Below are positions 38,641 to 48,438 of a stretch of DNA of 64,000 nt, in pieces. The notes under the pieces were generated by a model. That model did no database searches. It had not been told where the DNA came from and was given only the letters and a program-made list of their open reading frames with translations. Origin of the DNA: Candidatus Woesebacteria bacterium GW2011_GWA1_39_21 (GTDB lineage Bacteria > Patescibacteriota > Microgenomatia > UBA8517); the NCBI GenBank assembly GCA_000993685.1, contig LBWP01000004.1, positions 4,055 through 68,054 on the forward strand, in the 5' to 3' direction. A program made the translations under genes and the position numbers. The first letter of the stretch is position 1. Every line of letters starts with the position of its first letter.

Positions 38641-39726
38641 ATGTTAGTAAATTTAACACCAAAACAAAAGAAAATATATGAATTCATCAAAAAATTTTAT
38701 GACGAAAAAGGTTATTCTCCAACACTAAAGGAAATTTCTAAAAAATTTAAAACAACCACAACAACAGTCCACCAATTTGTAAAGGCGCTCGAAAAGAAGG
38801 AGTTCTTACACAAAACCAAAGGAAGTGTCCGAAATATCATTCCCATATCACAAAACCCAGCGGCCAGAAACGTTGTATCTAGACAACTCAGCATAGGAAT
38901 AATCGGGTACGGAATGGTTGGGCAAGCTGTCGCTTACGGATTTTCCAATGACAACATTTTCGTGTATGACAAATTCAAAGATTCGCTGGCCTTAACGGAA
39001 GTGTGTACAAAAAGCGATTACATTTTTATCTGCCTACCCACACCGATAAAAGAAGATGAGTCGGGAATAGACCTTTCAATAATCGATGGAAATATAAAAA
39101 AAATTACTAAATTCACAAACAGTACCGACAAGATAATTATTATCAAGTCAACAATCGTACCTGGAACAACAGAGAATTATATCAAGAAATACCCAAAATC
39201 ACTTTTTTGTTTCAATCCCGAATTTTTAACAGAACGCGCATTTTTACAGGATTTCATAAACTCCGATAGAATAATAATCGGGGCCGATAATTCACTCGTC
39301 TTCCGAAAAGTTTCTTCGATTTATCAATCAATCATGCCAAACACTCCAATCTTCCAAACAGATCCAACAAGTGCGGAAATGGTCAAGTACATGGCAAATT
39401 GCTTCCTGGCAACAAAAGTTATCTTTGCCAATGAAATGTATGACATCTGCCAAAGATTAAATATCAATTATGAGGAAGTTAAAAAAATGGTTGTTGCAGA
39501 TAAAAGAATCGGAGCGTCACATCTGGATGTTACATCACTTCGCGGTTTCGGACAAAAGTGCTTTCCGAAAGACTTATTGGCTTTAAAGGGTTTAGCAAAA
39601 AAAATGAAGGTTGACACAACTCTTTTGGATTCGGTTTGGAGTAAAAACTTAAAGATCAGAAAGATTCACGATTGGGAAGAGATCCCCTTCGCCGTTGGTA
39701 AGCCTTCGTTCGGAAATAAAAATTAA
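38641..39726 (+). CDS. LexA-type winged HTH fused to UDP-glucose/GDP-mannose dehydrogenase (NAD-binding and central domains)
   Basis: LTPKQKKIYEFI...GYSPTLKEI...TVHQFVKALEKKE, then GYGMVG, CLPTP, KSTIVPGTT, NPEFL, KYMANCFLATK and GFGQKCFPKD. Confidence 0.88.
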   Translation: MLVNLTPKQKKIYEFIKKFYDEKGYSPTLKEISKKFKTTTTTVHQFVKALEKKEFLHKTKGSVRNIIPISQNPAARNVVSRQLSIGIIGYGMVGQAVAYGFSNDNIFVYDKFKDSLALTEVCTKSDYIFICLPTPIKEDESGIDLSIIDGNIKKITKFTNSTDKIIIIKSTIVPGTTENYIKKYPKSLFCFNPEFLTERAFLQDFINSDRIIIGADNSLVFRKVSSIYQSIMPNTPIFQTDPTSAEMVKYMANCFLATKVIFANEMYDICQRLNINYEEVKKMVVADKRIGASHLDVTSLRGFGQKCFPKDLLALKGLAKKMKVDTTLLDSVWSKNLKIRKIHDWEEIPFAVGKPSFGNKN

Positions 39727-39984
39727 CACATGTTACTTGTTACACAAGCACTGTCTCACTTATACAATACTGGTTTAATTAAAGAGGTTAACCAAATATC
39801 TTTAATATTCTTCTTGCTAGACGCTCATGCAACTTTAACAAATAACTGGGGTATTTTTGTAAAAGTTGATGGTATGAAATTTTCCCTTCTACCCACTCGG
39901 TAACCGACCTAAAAAAGACGACTTGTTAATTATCAACTGCACAAACCTCAGATTTTGGAGTTCCCACAAAAGTATTTTCTAGTG

Positions 39985-41919
39985 TCATTCTACAACTTCC
40001 CCCTCTTCCACTTTATCTCCTTTTCCTTTTGGAGATTTTTTCTCTTCCCCATCACCTTCCGTTTTCTTCTCGTCCGTCTCCGCTTCGTTCTGACTTTTGA
40101 CTTTTGAGTTTTGAGTTTGATTTCCGTACATTGCTTGACCAATCTGACTTAAAGTGTCAGATAAATCCTTCGACGCAGCTTCGACTTCTTCCTTACTTGC
40201 ATCTTCTTTGGCCAAGACGTCTTTAACTGCTTTGATTTTCTCTTCAACTTTCGTTTTGACATCCGCCGGAGCCTTATCTCCCGCATCTTTAAGAGCTTTC
40301 TCGGCTGCGTTAACCATTGAGTCAGCTTGGTTTCTCGCAGTAATTTTCTCTGCCTTTTTTCGATCTTCCTCTTTGTGATGCTCAGCCTCCTCTTGCATCC
40401 TTTTAACTTCGTCATCGGAAAGCCCCACAGCTCCGGAGATAGTGATATTTTGTGTCTTACCGGTTGCCTTATCTTTGGCAGTAACCTTCAAAATGCCGCT
40501 AGCATCAAGGTCAAAGACAACCTCAATTTGCGGGACACCGCGTGGGGAAGGTGGTATTCCATCGAGGACAAAGCGGCCGAGATTTTTATTATCTGCGCTC
40601 ATTGGTCGCTCACCCTGGGTAACATTTATTTCAACTTGGGTTTGATTGTCAGCGGCCGTAGAAAAGACTTCTGTTTTTGATGTCGGAATTGTAGTGTTTC
40701 TCGGAATCATCGGAGTTGCAACTCCACCTAATGTTTCTATTGCCAAAGTTAGAGGTGTAACATCCAAAAGCAAAATATCTTTGACCTCACCGCCCAAGAC
40801 TCCAGCTTGAATTGCAGCACCGACGGCAACAACCTCATCGGGATTTACCGACTGGTTTGGCGTCTTTCCAAACAAATTTTTGACTACTTCAACAACCTTA
40901 GGCATTCTCGTCATTCCACCAACCATAATCACTTCGTCAATATCATGCGCATCAAGCTTTGAATCCTTAAGACACTCCTCAACAGGCTTGATCGTTTTTT
41001 GAATCAGATCGTCAACCAAACTCTCGAGTTTGCTACGTGTTAACTTCATTGTCAGATGGACCGGCTGACCGTCCTTCTGAGTAATATAGGGTTGGTTGAT
41101 CTCGACCTCCATACTGGCGGAAAGTTCAATTTTTGCTTTTTCCGCCGCATCTCTAACTCTCTGAAGTGCTTGTTTATCTGCCCGCAAATCAATTGCATTA
41201 TCTTTCTTAAATTCGTCACAGATGTAGTCTACAAGCTGTTCGTCAAAATCATCTCCACCTAAATGAGTATCCCCATTGGTCGCCTTGACTTCAAAAACAC
41301 CATCACCAAGTTCGAGAATTGAAATATCGAAGGTTCCGCCACCTAAATCATAAACAGCAATCTTCTCTGATTTTTTCTTATCAAGGCCATATGCTAAAGC
41401 CGCGGCTGTTGGTTCGTTGATAATTCGCTCAACTTTAAAGCCTGCTATTTCACCCGCCTGTTTTGTCGCCTGGCGCTGCGAATCATCAAAATATGCGGGG
41501 ACGGTGATTACTGCCTGATCCACACTCTCGCCAAGATAGCTTTCGGCATCTTTTTTCAGCTTCATTAAAATTCTTGCGGAAATCTCCTGAGGTGTATATG
41601 ACTTTCCTTCAACTTCAACGTCTGCCCCGCCGTCTTTCCCCGAAACAATCGTGTAAGGCACCATTTTTTTCGTTCTTTCAACTTCCTTATCGTCAACTCT
41701 TCGTCCCATCAACCTCTTTATCGAGTAAACTGTATTTTTAGGATTTAAGATAACTTGTCTTTTTGCAACATCGCCAACTAGATTTTTGACAGGTTCAACC
41801 ACGGACGGGGTGATGTTTCTCCCAGTATCAACCGCCGGTATGACTTTCGGGCGTCCACCCTCTATCACCGCTACACACGAATTTGTTGTTCCTAAATCTA
41901 TTCCAACTATTTTTCCCAT
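39985..41919 (-). CDS. dnaK: Chaperone DnaK
   Basis: [42 protein letters not shown]. Confidence 0.99.
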   Translation of the reverse strand: MGKIVGIDLGTTNSCVAVIEGGRPKVIPAVDTGRNITPSVVEPVKNLVGDVAKRQVILNPKNTVYSIKRLMGRRVDDKEVERTKKMVPYTIVSGKDGGADVEVEGKSYTPQEISARILMKLKKDAESYLGESVDQAVITVPAYFDDSQRQATKQAGEIAGFKVERIINEPTAAALAYGLDKKKSEKIAVYDLGGGTFDISILELGDGVFEVKATNGDTHLGGDDFDEQLVDYICDEFKKDNAIDLRADKQALQRVRDAAEKAKIELSASMEVEINQPYITQKDGQPVHLTMKLTRSKLESLVDDLIQKTIKPVEECLKDSKLDAHDIDEVIMVGGMTRMPKVVEVVKNLFGKTPNQSVNPDEVVAVGAAIQAGVLGGEVKDILLLDVTPLTLAIETLGGVATPMIPRNTTIPTSKTEVFSTAADNQTQVEINVTQGERPMSADNKNLGRFVLDGIPPSPRGVPQIEVVFDLDASGILKVTAKDKATGKTQNITISGAVGLSDDEVKRMQEEAEHHKEEDRKKAEKITARNQADSMVNAAEKALKDAGDKAPADVKTKVEEKIKAVKDVLAKEDASKEEVEAASKDLSDTLSQIGQAMYGNQTQNSKVKSQNEAETDEKKTEGDGEEKKSPKGKGDKVEEGEVVE

Positions 41920-41926
41920 ATTTTTA

Positions 41927-42460
41927 TTATCTTTTTGCCTTATAAACTTTTACTTTTGCGTGTCTGATTATTAATTTTCCCTCGTTCAAACTGTCTTCAC
42001 CTTTGTACTTCCAACCTGATAAGACAACCTCAGCAATCTTTCCATCCTGGTCTTGTTCACTTATCTCAACTATCTCAACTGCCTCATTCTCGTTGTTGTC
42101 AAAAGTATTGCCAACCTCAGGAACAATTTCTTCCAGACCTTCTTCCGTAAAAACTCTTTTAAACTCTCCAATTGCGATGGCCAATCCAGAATTGTTCAGA
42201 TGTTTTTGCGCCGACTCAAAATTATCTAATATCGGAAGCATTGTGGTCAAGATCCTTTGAGACGAGAACTTAATCCACAAATCCTTTTCCGCGTCTGTTC
42301 TTTTGCGCAAATTATCATAATCTGCCAAAACTCTTGCCAACTGATTTTTTAAAAGTTCGACTTCCGGATTTTGACTTCCTTTTTTCGCTTCTTTAACTTT
42401 ACTTCCTCCGGACGGGTCATTACTGGTGTGTTTTTTAATCCTAAAACTGGACTTATCCAT
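41927..42460 (-). CDS. grpE: Nucleotide exchange factor GrpE
   Basis: [26 protein letters not shown]; lies between hrcA and dnaK. Confidence 0.93.
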   Translation of the reverse strand: MDKSSFRIKKHTSNDPSGGSKVKEAKKGSQNPEVELLKNQLARVLADYDNLRKRTDAEKDLWIKFSSQRILTTMLPILDNFESAQKHLNNSGLAIAIGEFKRVFTEEGLEEIVPEVGNTFDNNENEAVEIVEISEQDQDGKIAEVVLSGWKYKGEDSLNEGKLIIRHAKVKVYKAKR

Positions 42461-42467
42461 TTTATCG

Positions 42468-43199
42468 CTATCTAGTTGCCTCTTCTATCAAACTGCCAAA
42501 ATATTTAAGAATAGGCACAACTCGAGAATAACTCAATCTAGCAGGTCCGACAACCCCCAATGCACCCTTCCTTCCATAAATATTGAAATGTGTCGAGACA
42601 ATACCAACTGGTCCGAGGTTGGGCCACGATAGCTCTTCGCCAAACATCACGTCAAGAATCGACGCGGGATCCATTCGATGAAATAAAAGATCGTTAATCC
42701 TATCTACTTGGTCAATCATCGAGAAAAGACTCTCGCAAACCAGCATGTCGGAAAACTCCGGATTAGAAAAAATGTTTGCGTACCCTGCATGCCAAATCTT
42801 GCCATAAGTATCAACGGCAGCAACAGAAAGATTTCCCGTTTGCTGCGCCAGCGCGTGGGTGGCCCCATCCATAATTCTGTCAATATCTCCCTTTCCTTTG
42901 TCCACATCTTCCCTCGCTTTAACCTCATCAGCCAAACTCATCTGCTTTTCTACCATTAGTTGATCAACATAAAGTTTCATAGCCTTTGGCGTGGGGACCC
43001 TCCCGGATGAGGTGTGAATTTGCTTTAAGAAACCCTTTTTAATAAGCTCAGCCATCTCATTTCTGATTGTGGCAGGTGAAATTCCAAGGTTAAACTTTTT
43101 GTCCAACGTTTCCGAGCCAACCGGTTCAGCAGTCTCGATATATTCATCGATGAGAAGTTTTAAAATTTGAATTTGTCTTGCAGATAATGAATCGGTCAT
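42468..43199 (-). CDS. hrcA: Heat-inducible transcription repressor HrcA (short form)
   Basis: YIETAEPVGS, SPATIRNEM, HTSSGRVPT, GVVGPARL.Y; ATG at 43199. Confidence 0.93.
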   Translation of the reverse strand: MTDSLSARQIQILKLLIDEYIETAEPVGSETLDKKFNLGISPATIRNEMAELIKKGFLKQIHTSSGRVPTPKAMKLYVDQLMVEKQMSLADEVKAREDVDKGKGDIDRIMDGATHALAQQTGNLSVAAVDTYGKIWHAGYANIFSNPEFSDMLVCESLFSMIDQVDRINDLLFHRMDPASILDVMFGEELSWPNLGPVGIVSTHFNIYGRKGALGVVGPARLSYSRVVPILKYFGSLIEEATR

Positions 43200-43264
43200 A
43201 TTCTCGTTGCTTCGCCCACTTGTTACAAGCAATTTTATCCTTGCTACCAAGTGAAGTCGAAAGG

Positions 43265-43291
43265 TTAGCAGAATACTAACACGAGTGCTAA
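43265..43291. promoter_or_regulatory. CIRCE element overlapping the hrcA promoter
   Basis: TTAGCAGAA-N9-GAGTGCTAA; minus-strand TTGACA at 43297-43302. Confidence 0.85.
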
Positions 43292-43367
43292 TTGCTTGTC
43301 AATAGCATTTCTACACTTCGATCAACTCACAACACAAGTATAAATTTAGTGAAAACCTAAAAAATAA

Positions 43368-45095
43368 TCAGTCAGTGGTTTCAGCCGGAGTTGGAATAAC
43401 ATTCTCTGTTTCCTTTTGTGGAATGGAGCTAAACTGTCTTTTGATAAAGGTACGTTTCAATAGATTTAAAAACACCCCCAGTTCTTCAGACTTTAAAATA
43501 GCGGCAACAATAAAATAGGTAAAAAGACCGATTACACTAACAACAAATGTAAGAATTAATAAGTTACTTGTATATCGCGTATCCAAAACAAATTTTTCAA
43601 AAGGCAGGTTTTTTGTTGCTTCAATCTGGGTAAGAAAAGAAAGCCGCTTAACCCAAACACTTCGATCAAAAAATTTAAGGATTAAAAACATTACTGCACC
43701 CGCAGAGACGGCCGCTACAAGAGATTTTACAAACGGTTTAAGCAGAATAGTATATTTCAATCTAAGATATCTTTTGTTTAAAAGACAAAAAAGGACCGAG
43801 CATTGAAAAACACTTCCAACAGTAAAGGCCAAGGCAAGACCCCAAACTTCAAATTTCAAAACTCTGATCAGGACAAAATCCATGACAACAACAGCGATGA
43901 TTGTTAATATCGAAATAGAAACTGGCGTCTTAGTGTCGTTTTGGGCATAAAAAGCCCTCGATAAAAGCGAGATGGCCGCCTGAAAAACTACACCGGATGC
44001 AAATGTAGAAAGTACATACCCGGTTTGTATCGTTGCGGCCCATGAGAAAATCTCCGTTCCGTAGACAAGCCTAACCACCGGAACACGGAGAATAATCAGA
44101 AAGACGGATGCTGGAAGGGCTAAAAATATCAATTGGTTCAGCGAGGAAAGAAGTGTTTTATTAAATTTCTCCCGATCGTCGACGTCCCGTGACAAAGTCG
44201 GAAGCGCCGCTTTTGCAATTGATGTTCCAAAAAGTCCCACCGGAAGAAGCTGAAGCGTGTTTCCGAAAGTGTAGTACGCGTACGACGCTTTACTTAAAAA
44301 CGAAGAAAAGAAAAGCTCCACAACTTTGGAAATTTGCAAAAAACCAACCTCCAAAAGCCGTGGGAGTGCAAGCTTCCCTATCGTTCTTACATCCTCGTCG
44401 ATCTTGATGCGTGGTTTGAATCTAAACCCTGATTTAATCGCAACCGGAAGTTGTATTAAAAAATGTGATGATGCGCCGATAATAACTCCCAATGTCGGCC
44501 CCATTAGTTGCATGTCTTTGGAAAAAACGACCGTTCCGATAATTATTCCGAGGTTATAAAAAAGGGGGGCTAAGGAAGGAATTAAAAATCTTCGCAACGA
44601 TTCCAAGACACCAGTTAACACGTAACTCATGACAAAAAAACCTTGGGCGGCAAACAGCCAACGTGCAATACCGGCAATCTTTTCCCTATCGGCCAGGGAA
44701 TAACCAGGCGCAAATACTCCATATATTTCCTTCGCGAAGATACTCATAAATATAGCGAAGACGGCAAATGCAAGTATCCCGATATTCAAAACCGACGACG
44801 CAATTCCCCAGGCATGTCCATTACCTTTTTTTATCGACTTTGAAAAGACAGGGATAAACGCAGAAGAAAAGGTCCCAAACACCAACACTTCAAAGATCAA
44901 ATCGGGAAGACGGAAAGCGGCAAAAAACAGCGAAAGGTCGTCAGGTGTAAAAAAATGAGCCAATGTCCTTTGCCGAACCAAGCCCAGCACCCTCGAAGCG
45001 ATAATCATAAACATAATTAACGTCGCGGCTGAAAGAACCGAACCTTGTGGTTCGAGAATAATTTTTCTACCTTTCTCGATTATTTTTTTAAACAT
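43368..45095 (-). CDS. murJ: Lipid II flippase MurJ
   Basis: SRVLGLVR, AAFRLPD, SSAFIPVF, LPVGLFG, RAFYA..DTKTP; ATG at 45095. Confidence 0.95.
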   Translation of the reverse strand: MFKKIIEKGRKIILEPQGSVLSAATLIMFMIIASRVLGLVRQRTLAHFFTPDDLSLFFAAFRLPDLIFEVLVFGTFSSAFIPVFSKSIKKGNGHAWGIASSVLNIGILAFAVFAIFMSIFAKEIYGVFAPGYSLADREKIAGIARWLFAAQGFFVMSYVLTGVLESLRRFLIPSLAPLFYNLGIIIGTVVFSKDMQLMGPTLGVIIGASSHFLIQLPVAIKSGFRFKPRIKIDEDVRTIGKLALPRLLEVGFLQISKVVELFFSSFLSKASYAYYTFGNTLQLLPVGLFGTSIAKAALPTLSRDVDDREKFNKTLLSSLNQLIFLALPASVFLIILRVPVVRLVYGTEIFSWAATIQTGYVLSTFASGVVFQAAISLLSRAFYAQNDTKTPVSISILTIIAVVVMDFVLIRVLKFEVWGLALAFTVGSVFQCSVLFCLLNKRYLRLKYTILLKPFVKSLVAAVSAGAVMFLILKFFDRSVWVKRLSFLTQIEATKNLPFEKFVLDTRYTSNLLILTFVVSVIGLFTYFIVAAILKSEELGVFLNLLKRTFIKRQFSSIPQKETENVIPTPAETTD

Positions 45096-45161
45096 AACTT
45101 CAGTTGACCTAAAACAAATTCGTTTAACAGACCAAACACCCACTTTGCAGTAAAACCATAA

Positions 45162-45190
45162 TTGATATTAGCGCTCGATTAGATTATACT
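45162..45190 (+). promoter_or_regulatory. Promoter of rpsT
   Basis: TTGATA-17 nt-TATACT. Confidence 0.65.
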
Positions 45191-45274
45191 CACGAGTTAG
45201 CGATTAGTGTAGCGTAATTGACAACTGGTAACTAACTTTAGTTGTCCGTTGGCTACTTCCAAACATAATAAATT

Positions 45275-45556
45275 ATGCCCGTTACAAAAACTGCAAAAAG
45301 AGCTCTTAGAAGTTCCAAAAAAAAACTTGAGGTTAACAAACTGATGAAAGCGAGGTTGGAAATTGCTATTCGTGTTGCAAAAAAGTCTAAAACTAAAACG
45401 AAAGTTATTGATGCGATTTCGCTTGTCGACAAAGCCAGAAAAAAGCACCTCATTCATAAAAATAAAGCTTCTCGCATTAAAAGCTCGTTAGCAAGACATC
45501 TGCCAAAAGAGAGAAAGCAAAAGGCGGTAAAAGCTTCTAAAAAAACGAAAAAGTAA
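45275..45556 (+). CDS. rpsT: 30S ribosomal protein S20
   Basis: MPVTKTAKRALR, DKA.KK.LIHKNKASRIKS. Confidence 0.96.
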   Translation: MPVTKTAKRALRSSKKKLEVNKLMKARLEIAIRVAKKSKTKTKVIDAISLVDKARKKHLIHKNKASRIKSSLARHLPKERKQKAVKASKKTKK

Positions 45557-45652
45557 TCTTCTTAAAGGGACCCCTTTGTGTTATATTGAAAATCAGAGTA
45601 AAAAGGCGAAAAGAAAAGATTCTTATTCCTTTCACCTTTCGCTATTCTTTTC

Positions 45653-46216
45653 ATGCCTGCTGCAAAAAAAAAGAGTAAATCAAAACTGATCAACCTTGTT
45701 CCCGAGGAAGGCTTCGCTTCAACCACCTCGGGGAGAATTCTTTTGTGGACATTGTCAACCTTCAGAGTAATTTTAATTATCACAGAACTGGTCGTAATCG
45801 GGGCTTTTATCTCCCGTTTCTGGCTTGATGCAAAAAACACCGACCTTACGGAACAAGTAAATGAGGTAAAAAACACCATCGTCTCACTAGAACCTTTCGA
45901 AGAAAATTTTAAAGATGTACAGAACCGACTTCAAATTTTCGATTCCTACATCCAAAATAAAGACAAAATAAATTCAAGCCTAAAGACTGTCGTTTCTTAC
46001 AAACCCCAAGGCGTCAGCTTCCAAGAAATCAATGCCGGCCTTGACCAAATCTCAATTAACGCAACCGCCGTCAGCGAAATTCAGATTCAGCAATACTACG
46101 TTAACTTGAAGGCAAGCAATAAATTTGAAAATATAAGATTAAGCAACATCAGCATCAACAAAGAAAACTCGAGTCTAAATTTTGCTTTGACAGCTGATGT
46201 AAAAACAGAAATATGA
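45653..46216 (+). CDS. pilN: PilN-like T4P alignment protein
   Basis: INLVP motif, TM, coiled coil, P.GV ferredoxin-like domain. Confidence 0.82.
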   Translation: MPAAKKKSKSKLINLVPEEGFASTTSGRILLWTLSTFRVILIITELVVIGAFISRFWLDAKNTDLTEQVNEVKNTIVSLEPFEENFKDVQNRLQIFDSYIQNKDKINSSLKTVVSYKPQGVSFQEINAGLDQISINATAVSEIQIQQYYVNLKASNKFENIRLSNISINKENSSLNFALTADVKTEI

Positions 46217-46839
46217 GCACGACATTTCGGGACAGGTACTTGAGAAGCAAATATATTGTTCAGAAAACCATCCATGATTATAGCGAAAAGCCCGCGCTTA
46301 GGGCGTACTTGGAGATTTTCTTAACTCTAATTACCGTCTCGCTTTTCGGAATTTTTGCAATCAGGCCGACGTTGATTACAATCGGAAGGCTACTCCAAGA
46401 AATCAAGGCCAAAGAAAGTACTCTGACCGTCATGAATGATAAAGTTTCCGACTTATTGGTCGCGAAAGATCTTTACAATCGGGAGGAAGACAAAATCAAT
46501 CTGATTGATGAAGCGGTTCCTAAATCACCAAAACCAGATAATCTGGCATTACAAATTGAAGAGCTAACCAAAAAAGATGGTGTTTTGATAAACAATTTAA
46601 CAATTGAGGACACACTTGTTCTGGGTCAAGGATCAGATCCCAACGACAATGGTTTGAACTTCAATCTAGGTGTTACGGGTAACTACTTCGATTTAATAAA
46701 ATTCGCAGAGCACCTTGAGACAATGCGTAGACCAATCAATTTTGACAACCTAACCATCACTTCAAATCAAAGTCCGGACGGTAACTCTTTATTTATGACG
46801 TTTGAAAACTTGTCTACACCATATTCATTACAACAATGA
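46213..46839 (+). CDS. pilO: PilO-like T4P alignment protein
   Basis: TM, coiled coil, AVP..P, G.Y.DL..F...LE...R motif; overlaps the pilN stop. Confidence 0.82.
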   Translation: MSTTFRDRYLRSKYIVQKTIHDYSEKPALRAYLEIFLTLITVSLFGIFAIRPTLITIGRLLQEIKAKESTLTVMNDKVSDLLVAKDLYNREEDKINLIDEAVPKSPKPDNLALQIEELTKKDGVLINNLTIEDTLVLGQGSDPNDNGLNFNLGVTGNYFDLIKFAEHLETMRRPINFDNLTITSNQSPDGNSLFMTFENLSTPYSLQQ

Positions 46840-47120
46840 GAAAGCAAAAAACACCAGCGCTAGTCAATCTTGCAATATATACAACCATAACCGTTTTCTT
46901 ATGGATATTTTTTGATGTTTACCGATCGCTTAAAAAGGCCCCTGTTTTGAATATTGATTCGAAAATTCTCGAACCCATTGACCCCAACCTCGACACAAAC
47001 CTTCTTCAGGAAATTGAAAGTGCCACATTCTTTGACCAATCGTCACCACAAATTTCTCCTCCGTTAAATGACGAAAATAACGCTGAAGTCGCAACAGAAA
47101 GTAGTGAAGTTAATCAGTAA
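46836..47120 (+). CDS. Small single-TM protein of the pilN/O operon
   Basis: Translational coupling (ATGA), N-terminal TM, PIDPNLD. Confidence 0.75.
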   Translation: MRKQKTPALVNLAIYTTITVFLWIFFDVYRSLKKAPVLNIDSKILEPIDPNLDTNLLQEIESATFFDQSSPQISPPLNDENNAEVATESSEVNQ

Positions 47121-47126
47121 ACGTTT

Positions 47127-47981
47127 ATGAAACCACCCAGATACCAAAAAATACCAACGCTTGTGGGTATTTTTATCCTGTTAATCGGAGTTGCGTCTGG
47201 AGTTATCATGTTAAACGCAAAACAAATTTTCAAACTGGGGGCCAAAGCGGACACAACTCCAAAAAACATTATCTTCTCCAATATTGAAGATAACAGCTTT
47301 ACTTTAAGTTTTGTCACATCGACTGATTGCCGATCGTCAATTAGAATTGCCGAGGATCAGTACTTTTTAAAACCTGTCGCGGTCGATAAACAAGACATAA
47401 AAACGGGTACGCACTACTTCAATATCGAAAACCTGTCAGCGGAAAAAGACTATTACTTGGTTATAAATATCGATGGAACCGATTATTTTACCGACAACCC
47501 TAAAATAATCAAGACCGGGAAAAAGATTAGCCCAAAGAACGAAGGAGAAATCGTCTATGGAAAGGTATATTCAAAATCAGGTCAAGAGCAAGGTGGCGCC
47601 ATTGTTTATGTGCAAAGCGGAAATAATAGTATTATCTCGACAAAAACCTCAGAAAACGGGGATTTTATTCTAAATATTTCAAACGCAAGAACAACAGATT
47701 TAGCATCATACTCAATAATCGACGAACACAAAACAACCATCCAATTTCTTGTTCAGTACGGGAACCTCATCTCTTCTGTTTCATCGTATACTCAAAACGC
47801 ACGACCACTTCCGCCAATTATTCTAGGTAGCAACCTTGATGCAAGAAACTCGTCGGCTCCAATAACTAACATCGAAATACCTACGCCGAGCGTTTACGGT
47901 GCAACTTTTTCAAACTACGACTATCCCTTTCCAATAAAAAACATCTTTAAAGAAAGGGGGTCGGTTTTATCAAATGAATGA
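47127..47981 (+). CDS. Membrane-anchored fibronectin-III / beta-sandwich surface protein
   Basis: N-terminal TM, P.NI.FSNI.DNSFTLSF, H...I.NL...DYY, VYGKV. Confidence 0.75.
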   Translation: MKPPRYQKIPTLVGIFILLIGVASGVIMLNAKQIFKLGAKADTTPKNIIFSNIEDNSFTLSFVTSTDCRSSIRIAEDQYFLKPVAVDKQDIKTGTHYFNIENLSAEKDYYLVINIDGTDYFTDNPKIIKTGKKISPKNEGEIVYGKVYSKSGQEQGGAIVYVQSGNNSIISTKTSENGDFILNISNARTTDLASYSIIDEHKTTIQFLVQYGNLISSVSSYTQNARPLPPIILGSNLDARNSSAPITNIEIPTPSVYGATFSNYDYPFPIKNIFKERGSVLSNE

Positions 47982-48414
47982 ATCAGCAAACAAAAATTCT
48001 ACTCCGGGTGCAAGTCGAATACTTTTAATCTTTGCGCTTTTGATTTTAGTCGGCGTCGGCGGATATTCATTGTACAAAATCTTCCTGGATGAAACCGTCG
48101 AGGTGGGTGAAAACATTTCTCAACTTCCCCCAACTACCGCCATTGAAACTGTCCAACCAAGCCCGAGTATTTTAATGACAGTAACACCCGAACTGACGGT
48201 AACCGCCAGCCCTCTACCAACCAATATTCCAACAGCAACCGTAACACCTAAACCCTTAAGTACGGCAAATCCCACTCAACCATTAGTATCGCCAACACGT
48301 GCGGTAACACCAACTAGTACACCAGTCCCTCTACCCGTTTCGGGAAATTCATTTCCGACAATTTTTGTCCTGGCGCTTGGAATCGTCCTGATTATCCCCA
48401 TCCTGGTTTTTTAA
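47974..48414 (+). CDS. Pro/Thr-rich protein with LPxSG sorting signal
   Basis: N-terminal TM, ~70-aa P/T-rich linker, LPVSG followed by a C-terminal hydrophobic helix. Confidence 0.75.
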   Translation: MNESANKNSTPGASRILLIFALLILVGVGGYSLYKIFLDETVEVGENISQLPPTTAIETVQPSPSILMTVTPELTVTASPLPTNIPTATVTPKPLSTANPTQPLVSPTRAVTPTSTPVPLPVSGNSFPTIFVLALGIVLIIPILVF

Positions 48415-48438
48415 CGATTACTGCTATAATTTAGCCTA

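Noticed and set aside
38641-39726. Calling this gene lexA and looking for SOS boxes
   Set aside because: No Ala-Gly cleavage site or Ser/Lys peptidase domain; I could not identify a shared operator upstream of recA or pcrA by eye.
39727-39984. Short open frame on the minus strand (about 46 codons, ...VTEWVEGKISYHQLLQKYP...) as a gene remnant
   Set aside because: No clear start codon or recognisable homology; insufficient evidence.
18998-43199. Short AlaRS, IF2, DnaJ and HrcA as pseudogenes
   Set aside because: Reading frames and catalytic motifs are intact; the shortened forms fit genome streamlining.
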